Shown piece by piece: positions 9,439-19,731 of a stretch of DNA of 64,000 bases. The notes beneath the pieces were generated by a model. It did no database searches. It saw only the letters and a list, made by a program, of their open reading frames with translations, and had not been told where the DNA came from. The position numbers were made by a program, and so were the translations under genes. Numbering within the stretch: position 1 is the first letter of the stretch; each line of letters begins with the position of its first letter. The DNA comes from Polyangiaceae bacterium (GTDB lineage: Bacteria; Myxococcota_A; Polyangia; Polyangiales; Polyangiaceae): assembly GCA_044376115.1 (NCBI GenBank), contig JBILLK010000018.1:32001-96000 (forward strand). Reading direction: 5' to 3'.

Positions 9439-10598
9439 AGAGCCTCCGGTGAAACGAACAGTATCTCGACAATGGGTTGGGCCGTGCGTTCCCCCGAAAG
9501 CGGAGCCTTCGATGCAGACTCGGCGAGGAGCGTGACGTGAGTGCCCGATTTCAAGTCAGCGAACGCGCTCTCGACGGCTGAGCGACGATCGCCCCAGAGC
9601 TTGCTATCCGACGCCTTCCCTTGTTTGCCGGTGTAGACCACGAGCGCCAGCGGAAACTCGCTATGCGCTTTGGCCACCCGCACAAGGCTTGCGAGCCGTT
9701 CAGCACCTTCGCTCGAGAGCTTGCCACCATCGAACAAATTTTGGAGCGCCACCACCACACCGCGTTCGTCGCGACTTGCGACGACGCCCCCACTCAAGCG
9801 GGCCAACATCGCGGAAAGCTCGGTCATCAACGCATCGGCGGCGCCGCTCGCCGCGCGGCTCCTAGCCGACTCCAGCTTGCGCAGGCAGGACGCGCGATGA
9901 GCGTAGAAGCGGCTCGCCTCCAGCTCCTGGTCCTTCCCTGCGAGTATGGCCGTGAGTGACGCAGCTTCGGCGTCGAGCGACGTGTCCGTGGACTTCCCGC
10001 CGGCCGCGATCAGCAGCCCAGCGGCGGAGCAGGTGATCTTCGCTTGCCACAACAAATCGCCCAGCACCGCTCGCTCGTCAGCGCTGACCTTTACAAGGCC
10101 CGTCTTTTCCCCGAGACCTTGCGCTTGTGCAATGCGGAGGCGCGCCTCGAGCGCATCAATTTCGCCGAGCACGCGGGTGATCGAACCCTCGGTCTCCGCG
10201 AGCTGAGCATCGAGTTGCTCGACCAGCACGCGCTCCTCGGCTTCACGCACCGTCCCCGCCGCGACCGCAGCCAAACTCGCGCCTTCCTCGTACGTGGCAA
10301 TCGCCTCTTCGGCTTGAAATTCCGCATGCGCGAGGGGGCCTGATTCAGCCAGCTCGTGCGCCAAAAGCCGACGCTTCTCCGCGAGCGCCCAGGTCGGCAT
10401 CGCGGCCGACTTGGCTGCTTGCGCCGCCTCAGCCTGACTCACGCGATCCACCTCATCGAGCAGCAGTGGTTTCGGCACGGGCGCGCACGCTGCACCCACG
10501 CAAACCAGCCCAAGCGCAGCCGCAGCAATCAGAGTGACTCGGGCCCGCTTCAACAAAGACCGTCGCTGGCCCCATTCACGTGCAACGTCGGTGATCAT
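9435..10598 (-). CDS. Lipoprotein with coiled coil and degenerate OmpA/MotB-like C-terminal domain
   Basis: Lipobox GAA-C; helical region; SRDERGVVVALQNLF...LASLVRVAKAH resembles the start of an OmpA-like domain. Confidence 0.6.
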   Translation of the reverse strand: MITDVAREWGQRRSLLKRARVTLIAAAALGLVCVGAACAPVPKPLLLDEVDRVSQAEAAQAAKSAAMPTWALAEKRRLLAHELAESGPLAHAEFQAEEAIATYEEGASLAAVAAGTVREAEERVLVEQLDAQLAETEGSITRVLGEIDALEARLRIAQAQGLGEKTGLVKVSADERAVLGDLLWQAKITCSAAGLLIAAGGKSTDTSLDAEAASLTAILAGKDQELEASRFYAHRASCLRKLESARSRAASGAADALMTELSAMLARLSGGVVASRDERGVVVALQNLFDGGKLSSEGAERLASLVRVAKAHSEFPLALVVYTGKQGKASDSKLWGDRRSAVESAFADLKSGTHVTLLAESASKAPLSGERTAQPIVEILFVSPEAL

Positions 10599-11206
10599 TT
10601 CTTCACCGCCGGCGCGGGGGTTTTGCTCTTTGGCCCAGCGATCGTCGCGGGCTTCGTGGTGGGCTTGCTTGTAGCTTCACCGGCCTTGCTGTTGCCCTTT
10701 CCTGCGGCAATACGTTCAGCAGCGGCTTTCTCAGCGCTCTCGACGGCGGCCGCGAGCGACAGTCTTCGAGCGTCGTGCTCTGCCAGCAGCGCCCGCGCTC
10801 GCGAAAGCCGTTCGACTAAGTTGGCGCGTGAACTCGAGAGCACGTCTGCCGACTTGAGGACCTCGGCGGCACGAGCCGCGGCGGCCCCGGCGTTCGCCCA
10901 GGCAAGCGCCACGCGCGAGAGCAGGCGAGCTCCGTCTTCATCCTTGGCGAGCTTGGCCCCGTGCGCCCGCGCTAGCGCTTTTTTGCCTCGCTCGATCGCA
11001 CGTGCGGCGACCGTCTTGGTTGCATCGGCAGAAGCCAACTCGCCGAGAGCGGCCTTGGCCTTCTCGCCCTCAGCGCTTACGGCCGGAGGGTCAGCGGGGA
11101 GGACCGACTCTGCAGCGCGCACCGGATCGACGCAAAGGGTGCTCGCGAGAGAAAGGCTCAGCCAAAGAACGGGGCGAGCAAACCGTGCTTTCAACGCACG
11201 AAACAT
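10595..11206 (-). CDS. Hypothetical exported Ala-rich coiled-coil protein
   Basis: Signal peptide-like N-terminus; stop overlaps the next start; start uncertain (ORF open to 11290). Confidence 0.6.
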   Translation of the reverse strand: MFRALKARFARPVLWLSLSLASTLCVDPVRAAESVLPADPPAVSAEGEKAKAALGELASADATKTVAARAIERGKKALARAHGAKLAKDEDGARLLSRVALAWANAGAAAARAAEVLKSADVLSSSRANLVERLSRARALLAEHDARRLSLAAAVESAEKAAAERIAAGKGNSKAGEATSKPTTKPATIAGPKSKTPAPAVKK

Positions 11207-11286
11207 GAGGTCTCGTACCAGTGACGCCGCCCACCAGCAAGGCGCTAGCGTACGGACCTCGCGAGACCGGAGCGCTCGTGTGTCCG

Positions 11287-11778
11287 TCACTCCGGCCGAA
11301 AGTTCTTCACAAACCAGTCGATTGAGCTGGCCGCCTTTTCAACCAGCTCCTTTTTGCCTCCAGCCTCAACAAGGTAAACATGGTCCTCGGTGACGAAGAT
11401 GATCACCGTGTAAAGGTGGGCCTGGCCGTCTTGGTCGTGTCCGAGCCGGAGCTCGGTTCCTTTGGTGCCGTTCGCCGCGACGACCTCCTTCTTCTCAAGC
11501 AAGGCGTAGCCCTGCCCCAAGCGGGTACGGTTCTCGAGCGCACGAGCCGCCAGCCCCAGATCGACCTTCGGCTCGTTGTCCCAAGCGCGTACGCCCAAGA
11601 CGACACCGTCTGCTGTGGAAGCACGGTACTCGTCGGCGTTTGCGTCGTAAGGCCGCTCTCCTCCCTCAGTCAGCTCGACGAACCCAGCGGGGGTCGCCAC
11701 GTCGTAGGGCCGGCCACAGCCTGTCAACGCGGCAAACGAGAGAGCCAGGAGCAACCACGGAGCACATAGAATTTTCAT
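11287..11778 (-). CDS. Hypothetical lipoprotein
   Basis: MKILCAPWLLLALSFAALTG-C lipobox. Confidence 0.75.
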   Translation of the reverse strand: MKILCAPWLLLALSFAALTGCGRPYDVATPAGFVELTEGGERPYDANADEYRASTADGVVLGVRAWDNEPKVDLGLAARALENRTRLGQGYALLEKKEVVAANGTKGTELRLGHDQDGQAHLYTVIIFVTEDHVYLVEAGGKKELVEKAASSIDWFVKNFRPE

Positions 11779-11794
11779 CGGTGTCTCGGATTTC

Positions 11795-12607
11795 TCAGAG
11801 CGCGAGCAAGCGCGGCAAGCTGACGTTGTTGAGCCAAGGCAGCGGCAAGACGAAGGGTCCCTGCTGAACCTGTTCGGCGTTACGCGGCGCAAAGTTGACC
11901 GTGATGGTCGAGTAGCGCGCCTGATCCGCGAGCAGCTTGAGGCGCCCCTTGAAGCGCTCGATTTCACCCGTGATGCGGCCGAGTTCACGCTCGATCGCCA
12001 GCGCCTCTTCGACCTTGGTGGCCTTCTCCAGCAGCTTCTCGAAGCGAGCTCGCATGGCCAGCGCGTTCTGCAGTTGCACCTCGAGGTCGCGGTATTCCGC
12101 CGTCACATCTTCGGAGACCACGTTGCGATGGAGCACGTCGCCAACCTTCTCGATCGCCAGCACGACCTCTTGAAACTTTTGTGCGGGAACGCGGATCGTC
12201 ACGAGGCGGTCTTCACGCCGAGCCAAGAAGCCGCCGGCATCCTTTGCCAAGCCCTCCACGATATTGAGCGACTTCTCGACCTCATAGACGCTCATCGTGA
12301 ACTCGGCCGTGTAGATCAGAATCGGTTGCTTGCGCTCGGGGTCGTCGATCGCCGAGCCGCTGCTGGGAGCGGACTTGCCCTGCATCGGGGCTGGGGCGGG
12401 CTCCATCGGCGGCGCGGCCATCGCGGCAAACGAGGGCATCTCGGGGGCCGCGGAGTCGACCGAAACCTCGTCGCTCATCGACTCGGTCTGGGGCCCGCCC
12501 AGGCTAAAGACCTGGGGCGCGGAAGCGCGTCCGACCTTATCGTAAGAGGCGCAACCGAGCGGAAACGCCATGGAAACGACCAACAACCATCGGGACCACG
12601 CAGCCAT
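11795..12607 (-). CDS. DUF4349-family lipoprotein
   Basis: Lipobox PLG-C; IRVPA, SEDVTAEYRDLE, IERELGRI..EIERFKGRL, YSTITV typical of DUF4349. Confidence 0.85.
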   Translation of the reverse strand: MAAWSRWLLVVSMAFPLGCASYDKVGRASAPQVFSLGGPQTESMSDEVSVDSAAPEMPSFAAMAAPPMEPAPAPMQGKSAPSSGSAIDDPERKQPILIYTAEFTMSVYEVEKSLNIVEGLAKDAGGFLARREDRLVTIRVPAQKFQEVVLAIEKVGDVLHRNVVSEDVTAEYRDLEVQLQNALAMRARFEKLLEKATKVEEALAIERELGRITGEIERFKGRLKLLADQARYSTITVNFAPRNAEQVQQGPFVLPLPWLNNVSLPRLLAL

Positions 12608-12728
12608 GCTCACCTCGATCTCAGCCGTGTAACGCGGTTCTCGGGCGGACCTTACACTGAAACGCACCGAACCAACTTGGGCCTCGTTGAAGAAGCCGAT
12701 CCGGTGCCTCAGTGATACGGTGGCTCGC

Positions 12729-14432
12729 ATGACCTCGGCGGACGACATCCGCGCCACCCGCACGCGCCCTTTTGCGACCACTGTCGCCGCCGCGGGGCTC
12801 GAGTACGGCAGTCCACCCGTTTCGCTCAGCGGGCTGCCGGAACAGGGCAGCATCGTTGGCCTGCAATACAGGCTCGTGCGCGTGCTCGGTGAAGGGAACT
12901 TCGGCAAGGTTTGGGTGGCGGAGCGACTCGATGTGCCGGAGCACAGAGTCGCGATGAAGATTCTGCCCCGTTCGCACTTCGTTGGTCGCAACGTCGAACG
13001 CGAGTTGGTCATGCTCGCTACCGTGGGCCACCCGAACGTGGTGCAGCTCAAAGACCACGGGATCGAACCGGACTTCGTGTGGCTAACGATGCCGGTGTAC
13101 CAAGGGGAGACGTTGGGAGAGCGGCTGTCTCGAGGCACGCTCAAGCTACGTGAGGCCTACGACATCTTTCTGCCTATCGCACGAGCGCTCGAGGCGTTGC
13201 ACCAACTGGGCTTGCGACATCAGGACGTCAAACCCGACAACATCTTCCTCTCGCAGTTCGCAGGTCGCCTGCATCCCGTCTTGCTCGACCTGGGTGTGGC
13301 CGCGGAGAAGGATGCGACGTTCGTCGCAGGAACAGCGCTCTTTGCAGCACCCGAGCAACTGGCAGCGATCCTAGCCAACGATGCTCCTCCACCCTTGTCC
13401 GAGAAGATCGACTCCTATTGTTTGGCGGCAACGCTGCTGCTCTGCCTGGTAGGCGACCGCCACTTCCCCGGAGGAAAGGCTGTCACGCGGCGCCAAGTTG
13501 CTGAGAGCCACGAGCTGCGGGCAACCCAACCGATAGTCCCGGCCGCGCTGCTGGATCTGAGTGATTCGGCGCGACAGAAGCTCTCGACGCGACTCGCTCA
13601 GTGGATGAGCATCGATCCCGACAAGCGCCCAACCATGACGCAAGTTGCCGAGGAACTCGAGGTCTTGCTCGAGCCCGAACGCGAAGCTGAAGAAGCCGCT
13701 GAACTCTACAAGAAGCGCCAAGAACGCTCGCTCGCACGGACGCGCATCGGCGCTGTGGTGGTGCTCGCAGCGGCCCTTGGCGTAGGCGGCTTGGCGCTGT
13801 GGAAGCGTGAAACCTTGCGCATGGCGTCGGCGTTGGAAGAAGCGCGGGCAGCGGGCGAAGAGAACTTCGACAAGCTCGACACCTGCACGGCGGCGCACAC
13901 CATGACGCGCCGAGACGCTCGCAACTGCGCGGCAGAGCTGAGCACCGAACGCAGCGCTCATGAGCGCACCCTGAATATGCTTTCGAAGCAGGGCGCAGGC
14001 TGCAAGGAGGTCGTCACCGAGATTCAAGAGCTGCGCGCCACGCAGCAAACGGAGCGCAAAAAGCACGAAGACGAACTCAAAGCCGAGGTGAGGACCTGTG
14101 GCACGGAGCGTGAGAAGCTCACCGGCGACTTTGAGAAAGAGCGCGAGAAGCTCACCGGCGCCAATACGACCTGCGAAGGACTGAACAAGGATCTGGCGGC
14201 ACAACTCGTCGCCATGCAGGCCGAACGCGACACCTGCCTCAGCGCGGAAAAACACGGCTCTCCTTACGATCCGGACCCAAACCCGACGCCTACGAGTTTG
14301 CCGACCGCGCGCCCCACGGCGGTGGTGACCTCAACCCCGACAGGACCTGTTGGGCCGGTGGGCCCAGTCGAGCCGCCGCCTGCACTGAACCCCGATCCGA
14401 CCCCTCCGCCGCCCCCCTTTCCTGAGCCGTAA
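12729..14432 (+). CDS. Membrane Ser/Thr protein kinase with extracytoplasmic coiled coil
   Basis: LGEGNFGKV, VAMK, HQDVKPDN, DLG, APEQ; TM near aa 340-358; Cys-studded coiled coil and Pro-rich tail. Confidence 0.9.
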   Translation: MTSADDIRATRTRPFATTVAAAGLEYGSPPVSLSGLPEQGSIVGLQYRLVRVLGEGNFGKVWVAERLDVPEHRVAMKILPRSHFVGRNVERELVMLATVGHPNVVQLKDHGIEPDFVWLTMPVYQGETLGERLSRGTLKLREAYDIFLPIARALEALHQLGLRHQDVKPDNIFLSQFAGRLHPVLLDLGVAAEKDATFVAGTALFAAPEQLAAILANDAPPPLSEKIDSYCLAATLLLCLVGDRHFPGGKAVTRRQVAESHELRATQPIVPAALLDLSDSARQKLSTRLAQWMSIDPDKRPTMTQVAEELEVLLEPEREAEEAAELYKKRQERSLARTRIGAVVVLAAALGVGGLALWKRETLRMASALEEARAAGEENFDKLDTCTAAHTMTRRDARNCAAELSTERSAHERTLNMLSKQGAGCKEVVTEIQELRATQQTERKKHEDELKAEVRTCGTEREKLTGDFEKEREKLTGANTTCEGLNKDLAAQLVAMQAERDTCLSAEKHGSPYDPDPNPTPTSLPTARPTAVVTSTPTGPVGPVGPVEPPPALNPDPTPPPPPFPEP

Positions 14433-14478
14433 GCCGGGACCTTCCGCTACGGCACTTATCGGAGTAAGGTCCTTTTCG

Positions 14479-15453
14479 ATGGGCTCGAACGATCACCAGA
14501 GCCGCCGCGACGTCCTCGTTCGGCTGGGCAAAGCCGCTCTCGTGATGGGAGGCGCCGGCGCTGCCGGTTCACTCGCCTATGACCCCGGTGGCTTCGATCT
14601 GAGCAAGTCGAAGAGCGTCGCGCAAACTCGCGATTTTCGCGTGGGCGCGAAGGGCCAGGCGGATCTCGCGATCGCTCGCAACGACACCGATCCGGCCGCG
14701 CTCGTTCGGCGCGCTGTCGAAGCGCTCGGTGGGATGAGCCGCTTCATCTCGCGCGGCGATGTGGTGGTGGTCAAGCCGAACATCGGCTGGGACCGTGCGC
14801 CGGTTCACGCGGCAAACACCAACCCGCAAGTGGTCGCCGAAGTCGTGCGCTTGGTCTACGACGCCGGCGCCAAGAAGGTGGTGGTGACCGACGCCTCGTG
14901 CAACGAGCCCAACCGCTGCTTTCAACGCTCGGGCATTTGGAAGAGCGCCTACGACAATGGCGCGCACATCGTCATCCCCTCAGAGTCGCTGTTCAAAGGC
15001 ATGCGCCTCAAAGGCGAGGTGCTCGATGATTGGCCGGTCTACACGCCGCTCGTCAACGCCGACAAGGTGATCAACGTCCCGGTGGCGAAGCACCACAACT
15101 TGGCCGTGTATACCGGCGCAATGAAGAACTGGTACGGCCTCCTCGGTGGGCGTCGCAACCGTCTGCATCAGAATATCGATGTCTCCATTGCCGACCTCGC
15201 GACCTTCATGCAACCGACGTTGACGGTGCTCGACGCGGTGCGGGTGCTGATGCGCAACGGCCCACAAGGCGGAAACATCGCAGACGCCAAAGACCTGAAT
15301 ACGGTCATTGCTTCGGTGGACCAGGTCGCGGCCGACGCGCTCGGCTGCACGCTGATCGGCAAGACGCCGAACCAGGTCGCCTACCTCAAGATGGGCGAAG
15401 AGCGCGGCCTCGGCACGCGCGAGTGGCAGACGCTCAGGGTGGTCGAGGCCTGA
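14479..15453 (+). CDS. DUF362-family protein with Tat-like signal
   Basis: SRRDVL leader; VVVKPNIGWD, ANTNP, INVPVAKHH, GAMKN. Confidence 0.85.
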   Translation: MGSNDHQSRRDVLVRLGKAALVMGGAGAAGSLAYDPGGFDLSKSKSVAQTRDFRVGAKGQADLAIARNDTDPAALVRRAVEALGGMSRFISRGDVVVVKPNIGWDRAPVHAANTNPQVVAEVVRLVYDAGAKKVVVTDASCNEPNRCFQRSGIWKSAYDNGAHIVIPSESLFKGMRLKGEVLDDWPVYTPLVNADKVINVPVAKHHNLAVYTGAMKNWYGLLGGRRNRLHQNIDVSIADLATFMQPTLTVLDAVRVLMRNGPQGGNIADAKDLNTVIASVDQVAADALGCTLIGKTPNQVAYLKMGEERGLGTREWQTLRVVEA

Positions 15454-17288
15454 TGACGACGGCCTCCCCCTCAGCCAGCGACAAACCTCGCAAACCCGCT
15501 ACCGTCAAGCCGCAGCCCGGGCAGACGCTGTTTCGTTCGATCAAGCGCGCCCTCGGCTTTTCGGTACAGAAGCGCGCAGGCTCTGGCTTGCCGGCGCGCC
15601 CTGTCATCCGGGCGCTGGTCTGGGTTCGAAGGGCGAGCCAAGTAGGCTTTCTCGCGGCCTTCCTTTACCTGTTGTTCCAGACCACGTTCCGCGGCTCCTT
15701 CTCCGCAGAAGCGGGGGACGCGGTTCGGCTTCCGCTCCCGGTCGAGGCCTTCTTACTCGCAGATCCGTTCGTCGCAGCGATGACGCTGCTCTCGACCCAC
15801 ACGGTTTATCGCGGCCTGGTTTGGTCGGGCGGCGTGCTGCTGTTGACCCTACTTTTTGGGCGGGTCTTCTGCGGTTGGATCTGCCCGTTCGGCACGCTGC
15901 ATCACTTCTTCGGCTGGATCTTTCCTTCGCGCTATTTGAAGGGAAACAAGCGCGTTGAGCAGAACAAGACGCACGCTCTTCGGCAGAAGGTGAAGTACTA
16001 CCTGATGATCGGCTTCCTCGCGGCGGCCGCGACCGGAAGCGCGATCGGGGGTCTCTTCGATCCGATCTGTGTGGCCGTGAGAGCAATCGGGTTGGGCGTG
16101 ATACCGGCTGCGCAGTACACCTCCTCGCGCGCGAGCGACGTCGTTTACGAGACCGGCAACCAGAGCCTGCAACAGAGCACCGACGCAACCTCGGAGTTCT
16201 TCGCCAAGGCGGTCTGGCAGAACAAGCAGTTCTACTTCCACCAGACCTGGTTCATCGTGGCTTTGCTCGTTGGCATCCTGTTCATGAACCGCTTTGTTCC
16301 GCGGTTCTGGTGCCGCGTCTTGTGCCCGCTCGGAGCCTTCCTTGGCGTGTTCGCGCGAGCGGCCATCGTCGGCATGGAGAAGGATCACGCCAAGTGCACC
16401 GACTGCAATCTGTGCCTCACGCATTGTCAGGGTGCAGACAGTCCACAAGGCGGCGTGAAGTGGCAGCAGTCGGAGTGCCACATGTGCATGAACTGCGAGA
16501 CGGCCTGCCCCGAGGACGTCATCAAGTTCCGATGGTTCCCGGGCTTGCGCTCGACCCAACCCGCGCTCGACTTGGGCCGGAGAACCACGCTGACCACGGC
16601 CGCCGCCGGCGCGCTCATGATCCCGGCGGCGCGCATCGCCGACGTGATCGACGCAAACTACGACCACCGCGTGATCCGGCCGCCTGGGTCGGTGGAGGAA
16701 CGCGAGTTCCTCGAGCGCTGCATTCGTTGTGCGGAGTGCATGAAGGTGTGCCCGAACAACGCGCTTCACCCGGCGTGGTTCGAGGCCGGGATCGAGGGCA
16801 TGTGGACGCCGATCCTGATTCCGCGCATCGGCTACTGCGAGCAGTCCTGCGTGCTCTGCGGCCAAGTGTGCCCCACCGGCGCGATTCAGAAGATCACCGA
16901 GAAGCAGAAGCTGGGCATCGACCAAAAGCCGATCAGCATCGGCACTGCCTTCTTTGATCAAGGGCGCTGTTTGCCCTGGTCGATGGGCACGCCCTGCATC
17001 GTGTGCGAGGAGTTTTGCCCGACCTCTCCCAAAGCGATTTGGGCAGAGGAGGTTGAGGTCCCAAAGCGCTCAGCCAAGGCGCCCGAAGACGGCGGGGAAC
17101 CCCCGATGGAATCGGTGAAGGTCAAGCGGCCCCATGTCGATCCAACGTTGTGCATCGGCTGTGGGGCCTGCGAGAAGGTCTGCCCAATTCAAGACAAGCC
17201 GGCCGTGTACGTGACCAGCGTGGGGGAAACGCGCTCCAAATCGAACGTGATCTTGCTCGAGAACACGAGCTACACGCAAACCGGCTGA
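15453..17288 (+). CDS. Membrane polyferredoxin (NapH/MauN-like plus NapG/MauM-like 4Fe-4S domains)
   Basis: FCGWICPFG and WCRVLCPLG motifs, several CxxCxxCxxxCP clusters, IRPPG; start overlaps the DUF362 stop (TGATG). Confidence 0.9.
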   Translation: MTTASPSASDKPRKPATVKPQPGQTLFRSIKRALGFSVQKRAGSGLPARPVIRALVWVRRASQVGFLAAFLYLLFQTTFRGSFSAEAGDAVRLPLPVEAFLLADPFVAAMTLLSTHTVYRGLVWSGGVLLLTLLFGRVFCGWICPFGTLHHFFGWIFPSRYLKGNKRVEQNKTHALRQKVKYYLMIGFLAAAATGSAIGGLFDPICVAVRAIGLGVIPAAQYTSSRASDVVYETGNQSLQQSTDATSEFFAKAVWQNKQFYFHQTWFIVALLVGILFMNRFVPRFWCRVLCPLGAFLGVFARAAIVGMEKDHAKCTDCNLCLTHCQGADSPQGGVKWQQSECHMCMNCETACPEDVIKFRWFPGLRSTQPALDLGRRTTLTTAAAGALMIPAARIADVIDANYDHRVIRPPGSVEEREFLERCIRCAECMKVCPNNALHPAWFEAGIEGMWTPILIPRIGYCEQSCVLCGQVCPTGAIQKITEKQKLGIDQKPISIGTAFFDQGRCLPWSMGTPCIVCEEFCPTSPKAIWAEEVEVPKRSAKAPEDGGEPPMESVKVKRPHVDPTLCIGCGACEKVCPIQDKPAVYVTSVGETRSKSNVILLENTSYTQTG

Positions 17289-17330
17289 GGCGCTCGCCGT
17301 GCGTGAGCGGTCGTGATTTACTTCGCACCT

Positions 17331-18203
17331 ATGCTTCGCCTTCGAGTCCTCCCCTTACTTTTGCTCACCTCCGCCTGCCTCGTCGACGTGAAGGGTGGCG
17401 TCGAGGACGGCGCGGCCGGCAGTACGACCCAGGGTGGAGCGGGCCAAGGCGGAACGGGAGCAGCCGGGCTCGGCGGAGCAGCGGGTGGACAAGGCGGCAC
17501 GGCTGCAGCTGGCGGTAACGGAGGTGAAGGCGGCGCTCCCAACGGCGGCGGCGGCATGGGTGGGGTCGGAGGGATGCCCGTCACCTGTACCGAGCTCGAG
17601 TTCGACGGCAATGACCTTGCTTTCGTTGCAGGCCTCGGTAGCGAACCTCCGAGCGTGACCCTACGCGGAAGCTTTGTTCCGTCAGACCTGGCCATGGTCA
17701 ACGATCGAAACGTGCTGCTGGTTCGCCTTGGGCAGTTCCACTTGTCAGTCAAGGCCGGGGCCGTCGCGCCAACGACCACGATTGAGTTCATTCTCCAGTC
17801 ACTGACCCCAGCCACGTGCGCTGGCTACTACACCTTCAGCAACGTTCCTTCTGGGGAACTTTTTGAGTTTGAAGCGACGATCGGAGCCATGAACAACGTG
17901 GTTGCAGTCAATGGGCCAGCTGCCAGCGTTACGGCCCTCAACTGTCCCCTTGGATCCGCCACCATCCCAAACGCAAGCCTGTTCGTAGGGGATTGGGACG
18001 GACCACCGGCGACTGCACCGAACTTCATTCCAAAGCCATTCGTCGGCTCCATCAATCTGCTCAAAGCAGGCGGTTCCCAGTGCATCGAGTTCGATGCTTC
18101 CGTCGCCTCCCCCGGTGTGGATCCAATCCCCAGCGTGAACGGCTGCACCCTTGGGCTCGACCTCGGGGCCGACCCGAATGACCCCGCGTTGATCTGCCAG
18201 TAG
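17331..18203 (+). CDS. Gly-rich lipoprotein with a beta-rich (possibly LamG-like) domain
   Basis: Lipobox TSA-C; long Gly linker; LEFDGND...FVGSINLL. Confidence 0.65.
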   Translation: MLRLRVLPLLLLTSACLVDVKGGVEDGAAGSTTQGGAGQGGTGAAGLGGAAGGQGGTAAAGGNGGEGGAPNGGGGMGGVGGMPVTCTELEFDGNDLAFVAGLGSEPPSVTLRGSFVPSDLAMVNDRNVLLVRLGQFHLSVKAGAVAPTTTIEFILQSLTPATCAGYYTFSNVPSGELFEFEATIGAMNNVVAVNGPAASVTALNCPLGSATIPNASLFVGDWDGPPATAPNFIPKPFVGSINLLKAGGSQCIEFDASVASPGVDPIPSVNGCTLGLDLGADPNDPALICQ

Positions 18204-18208
18204 CGCGA

Positions 18209-19210
18209 CTACTTCTTCTCGCGCCGAAAGCCCTTCTTGACCAGCGTGCTGTTCACCAGCCGTTCGGCCAGTGGATTGAGCGGCCCGTAGCGATCGTCGA
18301 TCGGGTTGGAGGGGCGGTCTTCGAACGGCGAGTCTTCAGCAACCTCGCCATGCCCCAATTGCGCGAGCGCCTGCTCGACCTCGCGCATCGACTGCGGCCG
18401 GTCCTCCGGACGCTTGCGCAGCATGCGCAGCACGAGGGCCTCGAGCGCAACGGGCACCGCTTCATCGAGCCAGGAAAGTGGTGGAGGTGGTGACAGCAGC
18501 TGATGACCGAGCGTCGCAACTTGATCGTCGGTCGAGAACGGGTGCTGGCCGGTCAGCACTTTGTACATCACCAGCCCAAGCGCATAAACGTCGACTCGAA
18601 CATCGACTGTGTCGCCGGAGGCCTGCTCGGGCGCGGCGTAGGCCGGTGTACCAACGAGCAAACCCGAGCCAGTGATCTGACTACCGACGACGCGCGCAAA
18701 TCCAAAGTCGAGGATCTTCGCTGTGAACCCGGCGGCGGTATCCGCTGCGGCGCAGAGAAAGACGTTCTGCGGCTTGATGTCGCGGTGAACGATACCGGCC
18801 TCGTGCACGGCACACAGGCCCTTCACCAGGTCAGCAAAAAGCGCCAGCGCATCCGCGAGCGCGAACTTCTCCGACTCCAGCCGGTCGGACAGTGACTGGC
18901 CGCGCAGAAGCTCCATCACGTAATAGAGCGGGCCCTGTTTCGAGCGCGGAAAATCGATCAGACGCACCACGTTCGGGTGAACGATCTTCTCCAACACCGA
19001 CCACTCCCGTTGAAAGCGAGTGCGCACGTCGGGTTGCGTAGCCCGCCCTTCCAACAGCACCTTGATCGCGACCTCACGTCCAGCCTCGCTGCGAGCAGAA
19101 TAGACCGCCCCCATCCCGCCCTGACCGAGCAGCTGCTCGATCTTGTAGATGCCGATGCGAGTGCCTTGCAGGTCCGGTGCGCTCGACGGAGTGAACGCGT
19201 CGTTGGTCAT
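18209..19210 (-). CDS. Cytoplasmic Ser/Thr protein kinase
   Basis: LGQGGMGAVY, VAIK, HRDIKPQN, DFG, GTPAYAAPEQ; no TM segment. Confidence 0.93.
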   Translation of the reverse strand: MTNDAFTPSSAPDLQGTRIGIYKIEQLLGQGGMGAVYSARSEAGREVAIKVLLEGRATQPDVRTRFQREWSVLEKIVHPNVVRLIDFPRSKQGPLYYVMELLRGQSLSDRLESEKFALADALALFADLVKGLCAVHEAGIVHRDIKPQNVFLCAAADTAAGFTAKILDFGFARVVGSQITGSGLLVGTPAYAAPEQASGDTVDVRVDVYALGLVMYKVLTGQHPFSTDDQVATLGHQLLSPPPPLSWLDEAVPVALEALVLRMLRKRPEDRPQSMREVEQALAQLGHGEVAEDSPFEDRPSNPIDDRYGPLNPLAERLVNSTLVKKGFRREKK

Positions 19211-19623
19211 TCGATCAAGTGCACCCGGATACCGACGGATGAAAGTAACTCCAAAACGTCAGTCGGATGCTCCTGCATCGGGGCATACACGTCTTGCACG
19301 CCCCCAAGATTGACCAAGCGTTTGGCACACGCGCGGCATGGCAGCTTGGAAGAAAAAACAATCTTGGGCTCCGCTCGCGGGGCATCACATTGAATGACCG
19401 CATTCTCTTCCGCGTGGAGACAACCGCAATCGGGTTGGCCAGGATGATCACAACCGTTGGCAAGCCCAGACGCGTTCCCGCGATAGCCAAGCGCTAGGAC
19501 CTTCCGGAAGTCGATGCTCGTGATCACCGCCCCTACGGGGTCAACCACGCAGGTGGAACGCTGCGCGAGGGAACGGGCAAGAGTGAGGTAAATTCCTGGA
19601 AAGGTAGGTCTCTCCGAACCCAT
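19207..19623 (-). CDS. Zn-dependent dCMP/cytidine deaminase-family protein
   Basis: RSTC, VGAVI, HAEENA, PCRAC motifs; stop overlaps the kinase start. Confidence 0.85.
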   Translation of the reverse strand: MGSERPTFPGIYLTLARSLAQRSTCVVDPVGAVITSIDFRKVLALGYRGNASGLANGCDHPGQPDCGCLHAEENAVIQCDAPRAEPKIVFSSKLPCRACAKRLVNLGGVQDVYAPMQEHPTDVLELLSSVGIRVHLIE

Positions 19624-19731
19624 CGAGGCATCCTACAGCAACCTGTTCGCCACGAGCGTGAATCAACAGCACTGAAAATTGCGCCAACCGCCCAACTGCA
19701 ACCGCGTCTTGCGGTATCTTCGCGGGCGACT

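Noticed and set aside
12608..13144. N-terminal extension of the DUF4349 ORF
   Set aside because: Antisense to the kinase gene; the lipoprotein signal starts at 12607
15030..15452. N-terminal extension of the polyferredoxin ORF
   Set aside because: It overlaps the DUF362 gene in another frame; the coupled ATG at 15453 is the better start
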